64,000 nt of DNA, from positions 16,551,063 to 16,615,062 of the forward strand of contig NC_068995.1 of NCBI RefSeq assembly GCF_001194135.2, given 5' to 3'. Below the pieces are notes generated by a model. That model did no database searches. It saw nothing but the letters and a program-made list of their open reading frames with translations, and was not told the DNA's origin. How positions within the stretch are numbered: the stretch's first letter is position 1; each line of letters begins with the position of its first letter. Source of the stretch: Octopus bimaculoides. Its lineage: Eukaryota. Positions 13,631 through 27,625 of the stretch are shown here, in pieces. A program made the translations under genes and the position numbers.

Positions 13631-15392
13631 GACTTTTACACACATACACGCATGCATGCACTCTCTCTCTCTCTCTATCTATCTATCTCTCTCTCTCTCA
13701 CACACACACACATATTTATTTATTTATTATTCTTAAACATGAATGTTGTTCTCATTGTCTTTGAAGTTTTGCCCAGCTAAACCTTCAACAGACTGCCCAT
13801 CTGAGTAACCCATCAGATTAATGTAACATTGTTTTTATTATAACTGGACCCCCCCCCATTAATGCATGCATGTGTGTGTTTGTGTATACTCTTGTCTTGA
13901 CATTAGATGATGGCTGTAAATGAGCACTACCCACAAACAAGTGACGCTGCTTATTCCTAGTCATGAAACAGGTCAGGCTTGGTGCCCAGAAGAGCATCTG
14001 GCTGTAGACAATCTGCCTCAATAAATTCCATCTGATCCATGTTAAGTCAGAAACAAAGAGCTGTACCGATGTTTTCTGCTTGCCTCATTAATCAATCAGA
14101 TTCATGCTGTTATCTTTTGTTACTTAAATGTTGCTATTCAACAGTTTCAATAATGACATGTTCTGGGTAGGATTTTCAGAGGGATGATAACCTGGGGAAG
14201 AAGGAATGGGCACAGAGGTTGGGGCTGAAGGTAGATACAACATGGATGGTGAAAGGAAAAGAAATAAGTGAGTCAAAATTCCTAAGAAAGGGAGCTGAGG
14301 ATATTGTAACTGCGGCAGAAAAAGCACAGAGAAGGGACACTGTTTGTGGATCAGAGGCTACAATGGATGATGTGATGCTAATCAGTTGAGTAGGTTTTTA
14401 GATATGGGACAGTACTTCACTGTGGGTCTCACTTATGTTTTGTAGAGCCTTTCTAGCTGTTTGAAGGATGAAGCATTTTCTGCTTTTGAAAACAAGGTCA
14501 GTCTGGCAATTTGCTGTGCTTGAGAAGACATGGCTAGTGTTGATGACATGTAAAAATGCACTCGTGCTGGTGACATGTAAAAGGCACCACTACATGCCAT
14601 CAGGAAGGGCATGAAGCCAAACCAGACTGGAGCCTGATACAGCCCTCCGGCTTACCTGTTCCAGTCAAACTGTCTAACCTATGCCAGCATGGAAAATAGA
14701 CACTAAATGACAATGATGATGATGATGATGATGTTAAGGACACATAAGTCCCCCAGTGATTGCAAGGCCTAGCATTTGGAGCAACTATGAGGGCTTTGGT
14801 TATTTGATTCTTATATTTGCTAGAGTATGAGAGATAATGACATTTTCTGTGGCATGTGCAGTGATATTATTATTTGACTGACTCAAATTTGGTCTTATTT
14901 GTAGTAGAACTTATGTGAATAATGTGCATCGCCTTTAAGCTTAACATGATTTATATACATACATACATACATATAGGCCATTCCCCACCCCCAGTATAAA
15001 CTCACACTTGCACATTGTACCCCTACACACACTGTAGCATGCGCACAAAGTCCCCATGGCTTAAATATAGAAAGAAAACACACTAATGAACATAGTTGTA
15101 TATGTCTACACTCCCTGCAAAAGTTATTCACATAGTACCACTACACATACCCACTTTGCGCAAGAACACCAACGTGAAAGATGTACTCATTTCTCACAAA
15201 CACTTCAGGATGGCTCTTACCAACACGCAGCATAACCAGCCAGTGGTGATGTTTCGGTACCAAGGGACATAAATCTTAATTTAATCCCCTTACTCATTTC
15301 ATCATCTTTTTACAGCAACCACAAACCGGATGTGTCCATTCACCTCCAACAGTAGAGAGTAGTCACCATATTTAATTCCATATTGGCTACTT

Positions 15393-15476
15393 CTGATGAG
15401 TGTAGGGTTATATAATCAGATTGTTACCTAACAGTCCATTGTACCCCTAGCATGAAGCTGATTGGTAAGATCAGCC
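15393..15476 (+). ncRNA. Degenerate hammerhead ribozyme-like motif
   Basis: CTGATGA (15393-15399); stem II GTGTAGGG / CCCTAGCAT; GAAG (15454-15457); stem III CTGAT / ATCAG. Core substitutions and no convincing stem I, so probably inactive. Confidence 0.5.
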
Positions 15477-15519
15477 ATGATGGATGTATAATACTGTACA
15501 CTTTGGATAATATATATAT

Positions 15520-15554
<35 letters not shown>

Positions 15555-17244
15555 AGAGAGAGAGATCAACTGTTCATGTTTTGAATATTTTCAATATGCA
15601 TGTTTCAGCCTATTTTGCATGAAAGAACAAGTAGAATTCATCTTCAGTTGCAAAATTCTAGTAAAGTGCATCCCTTCTAAGTTTAGCACAAAATATATGT
15701 ACGCACACACACATTTATATAAGTGGTTGGCATTACGAAGGGCATCCAGCCATAGAAGTCATGCTAAATCAGACCGGAACCTTGTGCAACCCTACGTGTT
15801 GTCAGTTCTATTCAAACTATCTAACCCATGCCAGCATCAAAAGTGGACTCTAAATGATGATGGTGATGATGATGCTCAAATGGTACTTATTTTAGTCACC
15901 AAGGATGAAAGGCAAAATCAACATCAGTGGAATTTGAACTCAGAGCAAAGCCAGAGAAATACTGCTACACATTTTGCCTTTCGTGCTAATGATTCTTCCA
16001 GCTCACTGCTTTAGCCACAACAACAACAATAATAATAGTAATTTATATTTTCATTGGCATCCTCTGACAATGGGATGGGAAATAAACTTACCAAATTTTC
16101 TCCACTAATATCTGTTATTGCAAATACCTTTAGCTCTGTTGTTTTATTATTAAAAACAAAATACAAGAAAGGTAAATAAATAAAATAAAATGTGAAACAA
16201 AACAAAAAAAAAATCAATCTTTGCCCCAGAAAAAGACCAATAATTTGACGAACATTACAAATCTTACTCACTGTTTTATTATCACCAGCTGGGAATAAGG
16301 CTTATTAAAGAGTTGGCGAATAACTTTATATATATCCTTATGTCTTCATTATATATGTATTCGTTTTATATGTGTATATATATATGTATGTATGTATGTA
16401 TATTCTTTTACATACATATATATAAGAATATATATTCTGATATACATTCATATATATGAATATTCTTTTTACTATTATTATTAACAGAACTTTCTAATAA
16501 TTTTTCAGTCCAGTGGAAGTTATGTAGGACATCCTCCCCACCACCACCACCACCTCTTTCTGACTATTTTCCTTTCTCTGTTCTTGGAGACTGTCCACTG
16601 AAGATCCTAGTTATATCTAATGACTGACATTTTTGCAAGGCGTCTCCCGCATCACATCCTGCCCTGTTCCTTCCTTTGTAATTGTACTAAATTGCCAACC
16701 TTGTTTGTGAGATAAATTATTTCTAATTATATATACTGATGTTCGAATTGTAAATTCTCTAATTGCTGGAATACGGTTGTTCTGTTTGAAACGTACTGCT
16801 TTGTTCAGTTCCCAGTGTCTTGTCTCTCTTGCCACTCTCTTCTCAGCCAACGGAACACACTGTGTTCCTCCGAAGAAAGCCAGTAAAGCTAGCTGTCTCT
16901 GTATAGTTCCTGCTTGATCTCGTCAGTTATTAACATGAAATTACAAAGTACTATTTTTCTAATGGCAAAAACGTAGAATGTCATGCGACGAAGGGTCATG
17001 ATCTGAATATTGCTGTTCAGCATGACTAGAAAGAGTCTGGGCTATTAAATCTGCTTTTCTCTCTGTCCATCTGTTTATCTGCCGGTTTATTTTTCTCTCT
17101 CTCTCTCCACCCTTTCTCTCAGTCACTGTCTATCTAACTCACTTTCCTCCTTCTCCTCCTCTTCCTCATCATCTTTACCATTTTCATTTTGCTATTTTTT
17201 TCCATATGCTGTCTTCATTATTATTATTATTATTATTAGTGTTG

Positions 17245-17680
17245 TTGAGGCAGCAAGCAGAATTGTAAATGTGCCGGCCAGAATGCTTAGCAGTATTTCT
17301 TTCAGCTCTCTATGTTCTGAGTTCAAACTTTGCCAAGAGCAACTTTGATATTTATCCTTTTGGGCTGATAAAATATGTACCAGCTGAACACTGGTATTGA
17401 TGTAATCAATACCACTAAAATTGCTGGCCTTACTGCCAAAATTTGATACCCTCATTATTATTAATATTAGCCAGAGGAATATACAGAAGCTTTAAAGCAT
17501 TGGACAAAATACCTAATGGTAATTGTTCTTGTTCTTTGCTTTCTGATTTCAAATCCTGCCATAGTCATCCTAGCCCTTCATCCATTCAGGTACCATTTGA
17601 GTACTGGGGGTTGATGTAATCATCTAGCCCCACACCTTTTCCAAAATTTCAGGCCTTGTGCCTATAAGAGAAAAATATTA
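17245..17680 (+). mobile_element. Two SINE family B copies, each followed by (ATT)n
   Basis: ctgagttcaaa B-box and the aagtaccag...ggccttgtgcc 3' part, shared with 58760-58975. Confidence 0.7.
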
Positions 17681-17807
17681 TTATTATTATTATTATTATT
17701 ATTTTGCAAAACCCTTTGTTTTTATCGTTCTGTGTTTGTCCTTACATGTTTTGATTTATATTAGCCCTTGTGGCCAATAAAACCAGAATTAATTATTTAT
17801 TATTATT

Positions 17808-18195
17808 GAGAGAGCAGTGCATGCCATCAAAGTGACACAGAGGTAAAATATACGAAGCCCACTAAACTGATCATGACTACCCGTCTGATAAGGGTACACC
17901 AAGCACATGCATCACAACCATATGTGTGCGACATAACGATCCCATATAAAGATTAACAGTGCATAACCTTGCAGTTAGAATTTTCTTCAGGTCAAGCAGC
18001 CTGTCCCGCTCAGGAGGTTGCTGAATAAGGGTTGTTTAAGGATGATGAATGAAACCCCCATGTTTCCAGAGGTGAATTATCCAAACCCCAAAGAGTCTCT
18101 CTCAACACATGACTATGATGCTCCCCCACTACTTCTGCTCATGATCAGAGATGCACATATCGCCAGCCTCTGAGGGAAATACTCAACTGGTTTAT
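17808..18195. repeat. Interspersed repeat, unclassified
   Basis: Recognised as a dispersed octopus-type repeat (gagagcagtgcatgccatcaaagtgacac...); a related fragment occurs near 34800-34850. Confidence 0.5.
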
Positions 18196-18486
18196 TATTA
18201 TTTCGTCTTCATCTTCTTGTGGGGGCCAATAAAATAACTACCACTTGAGAACTGGAGCTTATGTAATTGACAAGCCCAATTCCTTGAACTTGCTGACCTT
18301 GTGCCAAAAATTTGAAACCATTATTATTATTATTATTATTATTGTTATTATTATTATTATTGTTATTATTATTATTATTATTATTTAGAAATTTGAATGT
18401 AATGGATAATTTAGTCTGAGTCTGATCTATAATACAACTAGCTAGCAACAATTATGACAATCACTTCATTGTTATCCCGTTCTTAT

Positions 18487-19300
18487 GGATGTAGGCATAG
18501 TTGAGTGGTTAAGAAATTTGCTTTACAGACATGAAGCCCTGGGTTCGATCCCACACTGTGGCACCTTGAGTATGTACATTTAACATAACCTCAGGTGAAC
18601 CTAAGCCTTGTAAGTGAATTTGAGCTGACAGTAATTATTTAAAAGTTCAATGGATAAACTATATCTGTAATTAAAAAATCCAGCCTCCTTACCTATGTCT
18701 CTTGCTTATTCTACCTGAAAATTATATTAAGGATACAATGTATCTTTGGAATATTCAGCCACTTCATATGGTAATTCAATGAGTAGATTGTCCAGTTAGT
18801 TGAATGACTAACTCCTGTATCAAAATCAAAATGAAACTTCCATCACCTAACATTTATATCAACATGGATATCAAATATGGGATACTCAACCACTTCACAT
18901 GTTTATACAATGAGTAAGATTGTTCAGTTAACTGAATCACTAAATGCTTGTGTACTAAAATCAAAATCAGACTTCCATTGCCCAATATCTATGTAAACAT
19001 GGATATCATATATAGGGATGATATGTCTTTGGAATACTCAGTCATCTCACATGGTAATTCCAATAAGTAGATTGTCCAGGTAATTGAACAACTAAATGCT
19101 TGTATATCAAAATCAAAACAAGACTTCCATCTAATATCTATGTAAACATGGATATCAAATATGAGTATGATATATCTGTCGATACTTAACCATCTCACAT
19201 GGTAATCCAGTGAACAGATTGTTCAGTTAATTGAATGACTAAATGCTTGTGTATCGAAATCAAAATGAGACTTCCATCACCCAATATCTATGTAAACAAG
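18487..19300 (+). repeat. SINE head followed by four tandem, diverged 130-150 bp tail units
   Basis: Unit motif (g)agtagattgt[ct]cag...caaaatcaaaa...gacttccat recurs at 18781, 18912, 19065 and 19212. Confidence 0.8.
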
Positions 19301-19965
19301 AATACCAAACATGGATCTAATGAGAATTTATCAGTGTTTATTCCACACCAACATCATTACCAAAAGTCTGTCAAAGTTGTTGGCAGCTCTTCACCAGATA
19401 TTACCATTTTCATTTTCTGGGAACAGCTAATAGGTTGTCTCACATGGAAAAAGATGATTGATCTGTTGATCAAATATCCACAGTAAGAACCATTGCTTCT
19501 TCTCTTGTTTAGATAGGGGATGGGCATAGTATTGAATGAGTAATACTATAAGAATCCTATCCTCTTGGAATATATCTCCCTTTGTATTGGGAGTTCTTAA
19601 TCACTAGATTTCATACTAGAGTCTTTTAGAACCAAACTTTACTTTATTATTATTATTGCTGTTGTTGTTGTTAGGTGTTTGTTTTCTATGCCCACTTTTT
19701 TCACAAAATTCCATGAAAACCCATATTTATTTTCATTTTGTTCTTTGTGTGTGTGTGTGCGTGTTTGTGTGTGTACATGTAATTTATTCTTTAAAGATCT
19801 TCTCATCTACTGCCCTTGCAGGAAATAAAAGAAATTATTATTATCATTATTATTATTATTTATTCTTGGGAGAGGATTATTGGGAATATTGTCATGTTTT
19901 GTTATTTCCTCCTTTCTCTAAATTTTATTGTTGATTCTACTACAAAGGAATGTTTCACTATATGC

Positions 19966-20004
<39 letters not shown>

Positions 20005-20590
20005 GACTTATTTGGAAATGGATGTGTAGCGTTCACTCATATAATAATANNNNNNNNNNNNNNNNNNNNNNNNNNNNNNNNNNNNNNNNNNNNNNNNNNN
20101 NNNNNNNNNNNNNNNNNNNNNNNNNNNNNNNNNNNNNNNNNNNNNNNNNNNNNNNNNNNNNNNNNNNNNNNNNNNNNNNNNNNNNNNNNNNNNNNNNNNN
20201 NNNNNNNNNNNNNNNNNNNNNNNNNNNNNNNNNNNNNNNNNNNNNNNNNNNNNNNNNNNNNNNNNNNNNNNNNNNNNNNNNNNNNNNNNNNNNNNNNNNN
20301 NNNNNNNNNNNNNNNNNNNNNNNNNNNNNNNNNNNNNNNNNNNNNNNNNNNNNNNNNNNNNNNNNNNNNNNNNNNNNNNNNNNNNNNNNNNNNNNNNNNN
20401 NNNNNNNNNNNNNNNNNNNNNNNNNNNNNNNNNNNNNNNNNNNNNNNNNNNNNNNNNNNNNNNNNNNNNNNNNNNNNNNNNNNNNNNNNNNNNNNNNNNN
20501 NNNNNNNNNNNNNNNNNNNNNNNNNNNNNNNNNNNNNNNNNNNNNNNNNNNNNNNNNNNNNNNNNNNNNNNNNNNNNNNNNNNATATATA

Positions 20591-20808
20591 TATATATGGG
20601 TACAGGACATCACAAAACATAACATGAAATACAAAGTCAAACTTGGGCATGCGAACAATGAGAGATGGAAAACAAGACAAGTAACATAAAGAACGACCCT
20701 TCATCAGTTGTCAGCTGTTCATTTTTCTCTCTCTCGTTGTTCGCACACCCAAGTTCGTCTTCGCATTTTATGTTGTTTACATTTTGTGATGTCCTGTACC
20801 CATATATG
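20591..20808. repeat. Fold-back (inverted) short element
   Basis: atatgggtacaggacatcacaaaa... at the left end is the reverse complement of ...ttttgtgatgtcctgtacccatat at the right end; tcatcag (CTGATGA on - strand) at 20701-20707 lies in the centre. Confidence 0.8.
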
Positions 20809-20855
20809 CACATACATATATATATATACACACACACACATACACACACACACAC

Positions 20856-20922
<67 letters not shown>

Positions 20923-20969
20923 NNNNNNNNNNNNNNNNNNNNNNNNNNNNNNNNNNNNNNNNNNNNNNN

Positions 20970-21032
<63 letters not shown>

Positions 21033-21117
21033 ATTTAAGTGATAATTCCTACCATTATAGTTTTTTTTTATGCGTGCTAAACCACTGATATTATTATAAA
21101 TAAATAATATATATATA

Positions 21118-21394
21118 TGAAGACCTGTTGAGGCAAGTAAAATCGAAATCGAGTTAAATTTGACCACTGGCACCTATACCAGCGTCGTCTCCTTCATTGG
21201 ACACGAAACTCAGCTTGCGAAGACTTGTTGGGGCAAGCGAAATCGTGATGGCACCTGTGCCCAGCGTCGCCTTTCTGGCACTTGTGCCCGCAGCATGTGT
21301 AAGGACTTTCGAGCGAGATTGTTGCCAGTGCCTCTGGACTGGCTCTTGTGCGGGTGGCACATANNNNNNNNNNATTAAACGATGATGATGATGA

Positions 21395-21397
<3 letters not shown>
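21118..21397 (+). mobile_element. RTE LINE 3' UTR fragment ending in (GAT)n
   Basis: gcgggtggcac...ttaaacgatgatgatg tail is shared with other RTE tails in the window. Confidence 0.65.
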
Positions 21398-21436
<39 letters not shown>

Positions 21437-22104
21437 ACCTCTGTGTGTGTGTGGTTTAATCTATATGTGTGTTTGTGTGCAAGTATGCAGGATGTCTGGT
21501 TAAGAATTTTGCTTTGCCAATGCATGATTTTGGGTTTGGTTCTTAGAATGAGTGTTCTATACTAAAGCATTGTGCCGACCAATTTCGTGAAAGTGAATAT
21601 GATAAGCAGAAACTGTAGGAATAGTAGAGTTGTGAAGTCCTTTTGCTCCTGTTTTCCCAAGGACTGTGTAACTTGTGTAATTTTGATGCAGCAAGATAAT
21701 GCATGCAGTACACTCTGTGAAGTAGTTGCCAGTCAGTCAGACATCCTTAGAAACCAAGCCACGTGACACACATGTGAGCATCTGTCTAACGAAGCTGCAA
21801 CACACATTGAGAAATGACTTGGACTTCAGCGTTGTCATCATACGAGTGATGTTATTCATTTCTAGTATTCCATGAGATGAACATGTCTGGTCTAGGAGTA
21901 ATATTATCTTGTTTCAAAACAGAAGAGAATTGGTGACAGGAATGCCATCCAGTTGTAGAAAACCTGCTCAACCTGTCTGAACTATACAAACAAGCATGGA
22001 AAAGGGAACATTAAAATTGTGATGATTACGCATCACAATTTTTCAATCCATCAATTTTACCAAATGCAAACAAACTGTATAATAATATAGTAGAACTTTT
22101 ATAA

Positions 22105-22318
22105 GGCAACAAGCTGGCTGAAATGTTATCTTGTTGGGCAAAATGCATAGTGGCATTTCGTCAGTCTTTGCATTCTGAGTTCAAATTCTGCCAAGGATGA
22201 CTTTGCCTTTTAGCCTTTCGGAGTTAATAAGTACCAGTTGAGCACTGGGATCAATGTAATTGACTTACATACACTTCTCCTGAAATTGCTGGCCTTGTGC
22301 CGAAATTTGAAACCAATA
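22105..22318 (+). mobile_element. SINE family B
   Basis: Homologous to 58760-58975 (ctgagttcaaattc B-box, aagtaccagttgagcactggg). Confidence 0.75.
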
Positions 22319-25300
22319 TATCAGAACATTATGTTCATATCAGATACATGTAAATTGTTACCTAAAAGTACATGTTACCTATTGATTGATGGGTGCACTA
22401 TAATTTCGTATTAATACAATAATACTTCAGCATTGAATAATGTGTTAGTGATTGATGAATTTTGGCCAATGTTGTACAGTGGTGTTGTTATAAAGTTCAC
22501 TTTACAACCATGTAGTTTTCTCAGACACATCACCAGTGTCAGTCAATGGGCAGATGCCTTTTACTCTAGACACAGGTCACCTTACACTTACTTGTAGTGC
22601 CATTTTCCCAGGTGGGATTGAGCCAGCTCTGACTAACAAATTCACCTTGTCTCATAAATGCTGGCCAATCTGACAGTTGACTGTACTCTTCATTTGCTGT
22701 TAAGGTGTAGAGTTCATGTTTGGACTCAAGTTGCTTTGGGAGTGATATTGCTAAATGATAGCTGTGAGAGGTCATCATCACCATCATCATGGTCATATAT
22801 TTAACAGCCACTTTTCTATGCTTGAATGGAACAGACAGAATTCATTCATGCCTGATTATCTATGGCTGAGTCTGTCTATACGTTTCTTTCTTTTTTTTTG
22901 TCTTCATCATTGTGTCTTGAAATTGTTTATGTTCTGTGTAGGTTGTATCATTGCTTATGTCTGTTACAAAAACATATCCAGCCACTGAGTTGTTCATCAT
23001 TCAAAAGAACTGGGGAAGAGTACCTTACTTAAAATAATTATGGGCTGGTAATATGAAAGGTGTCCAGTCAAAGAATATTACTTCAACAAGTCTCATTTAA
23101 TCCATGCCAGTCTGGAAAAAATGGACCAAACAAAAAAAAATGAGAACAAAGGCAATGTGTGTGTGTGTGTGTAATTTGTTAGAAGTTGAAAATTAATGAA
23201 TCATTTCTCTGAGTTTTTCCTTTTTTGTCTTCAGATGATTATGGAAAATGGAACATAAAAATGTTATATAATAATTAATATACAGTAGGTGTAGTTGAAT
23301 ATCACAATGAAGTTGATTAGATAAAAATGGATCAAAACGATCTTATATCTTTAAAACTTATAATTCGTCTTAAAAACAGTAAAAAAAAAATGAAACTGAA
23401 AGATCTGCATTGCACTGAATAGTTTAGAATACTCTGAATATCATCTAGTTGAGGGTACATACATTGATAATAGTTAAGTGTGTGGGTGTGTTGTATCTCT
23501 GAATACCTGAAGAAGTTACGGAATTTTGAGTGTCTTTCCTATTCAATGATGACTAAAACTACACTTTTAGGCATTGGCAGTACTTCTTAAAGGGTTGTCA
23601 ATAATGGAAGGGATAGATGTGTAGATGACTGGAGTTTTGTGACTGCTCTTACTTATATCACACCTGTATGCTCTAAACAAAGAAATTGCCACAGAAATTA
23701 CAGTTTTGGTGTCACAGATGGAGGTGATACTCCTACTTCTCCAATAAAATGTCAGCTGTGATTTGAAGGAGTTCAAATCTTGACTTACCCTGGACTTGGA
23801 TTATAGTGAGGGAGAGCTTTTTGTCCCTGTCTTTCTGGACCCATGGCAAGGTGGGTTAAGATAACATAACTGGAGGAGGTGTATTGAAGAAGCAGTAGAA
23901 TGAGCAGAGCAATATACATATCGAGGTCGACTAAATAAGTACCAGTTACGCACTGGGGTCGATGTAATCGACTTAATCCGTTTGTCTGTCCGTGTTTGTC
24001 CCTCTGTGTGTAGCCCCTTGTGGGTAGTAAAGAAATAACATATCTCACCATGATTTGAGTTTTGCATCTAACAACGACATTGCTACATGTTGTCCTTCCA
24101 TCTGTTACAACATGGGTTTATTATAACTGAGTATTGGGGTCAATATAATCGATTGGCCCCCTTCTCTTGAAATTACTGGGTTTCCTCTACTCCGTCTGCC
24201 AGGAATACCTTGACAAGATTTATGCCTCTAACAGCAACATTGCTACATGTTGTCCTCGCCACAGGTTTTGGGTTTCCTCTGTTCAGTCTACCAGGAATAA
24301 CTGCCTCCTGTATATCACATTCAACAGCCTGGCATATTATTTTTAGCTATTAACTGAATCAATGTCTTCCACAAAAATGCAATGAGATACATACAATTTA
24401 TTTGAACTCAAGACCTCTCAATTTGTTGTCCGTTATTTATATAGTGCCTTTGCCTCTAAGTGTATATATTATTGATTGTCTGTTATATGGTTATTATTTA
24501 TTTTATATTATTGTGTTGTAATCGGCTTCTGTTTAATTTGAGTTTTCTAAAAGCTGTCAAAAGCTGAGAAATAATATTGAGATGAGGTGAATTTTGTGCA
24601 AAACAGCTATAAATTATTGAAGCATTATCTGGTGTGTAGCCAAACTTCTATGAAACTGACAGAAACTTCTTATCCACCAGAATGATTGAGATGTATGCTA
24701 TTTTTTTTCTTATAAAAAAATATGCCTCTTGTAACTGAATTAGTAATTGTTTGGTAATTCTCAAGCTTTTGCCTAAAAATATAGTTAAAAATGCAGANNN
24801 NNNNNNNNNNNNNNNNNNNNNNNNNNNNNNNNNNNNNNNNNNNNNNNNNNNNNNNNNNNNNNNNNNNNNNNNNNNNNNNNNNNNNNNNNNNNNNNNNNNN
24901 NNNNNNNNNNNNNNNNNNNNNNNNNNNNNNNNNNNNNNNNNNNNNNNNNNNAAGGTAAGCAAAAAGTGTGCAGCAATCTTGTATGTATGAGGCCAACCAC
25001 ATAACAGATTCCTCATAAATAATTTACAGCTGGCTTATTTACAAGATCATCCTGACAACATTTAATATCTATAGATATTCTATATTTCTATCAAGGAAAA
25101 TTATTTAAAAAAAAAACAAAACAAAAACAGTGACAATAACAACAGCAAGAAAACTGCTTAAATATAGTGATGTATTGCAGATTATTACACCATAATTTAA
25201 TTATTTTTGTACATTTCTGTTTTGTTGCAACCTGTTGTGTGTCAAGTGAAATCTACAAATGGGATTATATATATATATACATTTTTAAATTTATATTTTA

Positions 25301-25924
25301 GCTTAACAGTTGATTTCAATTTCTATATGCCACATGTCAATTCTTTTGAACAAATGACTAACCCCCCGACCCCAACCCCCATTCCACCCTCATCACTATA
25401 GTGGTGGGGGTAGGGCAGGATTTGACCCAGTACATCAAGGGCTTCTTTTTTCCTTTTTCGTTTTCTTGTTCTCCTATCTAGTCCAGTACATTGACCAGAT
25501 ATTCCTGGTGACACCTTCAATAACTGCACAGCGAGTGCATAGTAACTTGCAGCAGCTCTCTATACTGTTGATTAATGTTATTGGATTCCTTAAGCTGCTG
25601 GTGCTAATTATGCAGTTTAGTATACCGAGTGAAAGAGTTGTGATTAATTACATAATTACCTACGTATTAACTATCAAGTATCAATAAAACTTCCCTTGTT
25701 GCTAAGCAATGTCCTAGATTCTGACATTGCAGCAGAGAATTCATTCAGCTAAAGTTGAAGCAGCCATACTTTCCAATCTGTTCTGTTTTAGATACACATT
25801 TGATTTGGATCAAGATATATGGAAACCAATATGGGAAACTCAGGGGTTTTCAATAAATGAATTAACTCTACTGCATGTACTGAAAACTGTTTGCATAGCT
25901 TTATATATATATATGTGTGTGTGT

Positions 25925-26245
25925 GGTGTATGGCTCATTGGTTGGAGCGTTGGGCTCACAATCATGAGGTAGTGAGTGCAATTCCTGGCTGGAGTGTGTG
26001 TTCTGTTCTTGAGCAAGGCACTTTATTTCATGTTGTTCTAGTTCACTCAGCTTTAGAAACGAGTTGTGTGATGTTACTGCTACCAAGCTGCTTAAGCCTT
26101 TGTCTTTCCCTCGGATGACATCAGTGGTGTGGAGAGGGAAGGCTACTACGCATGGATGACTGCTGGCCTGTCATAAACAACCTTGCCCTGGTTTGTGGTT
26201 TGGAGGGGAATTTTCTAGGTGCAGTCCCATGATCATTCATGGCCT
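25925..26245 (+). mobile_element. tRNA-derived SINE, third family
   Basis: tggctcattggttggagcgttgggctcacaatcatgaggtagtgag tRNA-like head followed by a cttgagcaaggcac body. Confidence 0.6.
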
Positions 26246-26255
26246 TATATATATA

Positions 26256-26600
26256 TCATCATCATCATCATCGTTTAACGTCCGCTTTCCACTCTAGCAT
26301 GGCTTGGACGGTTTGACTGAGGACTGGTGAAACCGGATGGCAACACCAGGCTCCAATCTAATTTGGCAGAGTTTCTACAGCTGGATGCCCTTCCTAACAC
26401 CAACCACTCAGAGAGTTTAGTGGNNNNNNNNNNNNNNNNNNNNNNNNNNNNNNNNNNNNNNNNNNNNNNNNNNNNNNNNNNNNNNNNNNNNNNNNNNNNN
26501 NNNNNNNNNNNNNNNNNNNNNNNNNNNNNNNNNNNNNNNNNNNNNCGCTCGATAACCCTACGAAGGCCAGTCAGGCGGCACTGGCAACGGTCATGCTCAT
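26256..26600 (-). mobile_element. RTE tail copy, gapped
   Basis: catcatcatcgtttaacgtccgctttcc... is the reverse complement of 47574-47808. Confidence 0.75.
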
Positions 26601-26771
26601 ATATATATACACACACACACACACATACTTACCTCCCTCTCTTGCATTCTCCTTTCTTAGAAAGAACTTTTTCTCCACCCTTTCCCTTCCGGTCATCCCA
26701 CAATGTAACCGTGTATATCGTTGCCAATTTTATCTTCCTCCGTCTTCCCTTCTCTGGACTTTCCTATGTTC

Positions 26772-26798
26772 CCGACGAAGAGCTCTGCTCGAAGCGTC
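26772..26798 (+). ncRNA. Degenerate minimal hammerhead motif
   Basis: CCGACGA-A-GAGC(tct)GCTC-GAAG-CGTC: U4 and A15.1 are mutated; same GAGC/GCTC stem II as the 59547 copy. Confidence 0.5.
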
Positions 26799-27240
26799 AA
26801 ATTTTCTTTCCCGAGTGTCCAGTAACACAATATCTGTATCACGTCCTCGCATTGTTGGTTTTTTTTCTGTTGTTTTTCTTTTTTCAACTCTCTCTCTCTC
26901 TCTATGTGTATATATATATATATATGTATGTATATACATACATACATGGTGATGCAAACAGGAAAATAGAACTCAAATTATGAGTATATGTATATATTTA
27001 TTAATGTTTAGCACAAACAACAGAGTGGCTCAAGTGCCGAAAGTTTTATGTGTTTGATAAATACCAACACTGAAACTCTCGGCCCTTGTTGCTTCTGCTA
27101 AATATTAATGATAAACAATTTATAGAATATGTATTGGTTTTGTACCAACTTGGATTGGAATTAAAGATTCTTTACATCTATATATTTTTTCATTTCCTGA
27201 TACTTTACACACGCACATGCACACGCACACACACACACAT

Positions 27241-27625
27241 TACTTGTCTCAGTCATTGGGTTGTCGCCATACTGGGGCATCAACTTGAAGGTTTTTAGTC
27301 AAATGAATTATCTCACACCTTTTTTTTTTTGTTTCTTCTTTAAAGTGTAGGACTGGTTCTGTTGGGCCCTTTAGCCAAACTGCTTAGTTACTGGGATGGA
27401 AACAGGACTGGTTATCAAGTGGTAGACAAACACAATGACACACATATACACACACACACATATGCAATGGAGCGCTTCCAGTTTTCATCTATCAGATCCA
27501 CTGAAAAGGCTTTTGGTTAGCCTGGGGAATAGTGGATGGCACATGCCCAAGGTGCCATTCAGTAGGACTGAACCCTGAACCATATGACTGGGAAGCAAAC
27601 TTAATGCTCAACCATGCTTGCACCC
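27241..27625 (-). mobile_element. SINE family A, decayed
   Basis: Reverse-complement homology to 29771-30177. Confidence 0.75.

Noticed and set aside
16590-16950. CTGAAGA and CCGAAGA motifs as further hammerheads
   Set aside because: No GAAA half or convincing stems.
23567-23776. ORF faintly resembling a LINE endonuclease segment (likewise weak LINE-like traces at about 5760-5990 and 59950-60250)
   Set aside because: Similarity too weak to assert without an HMM search.
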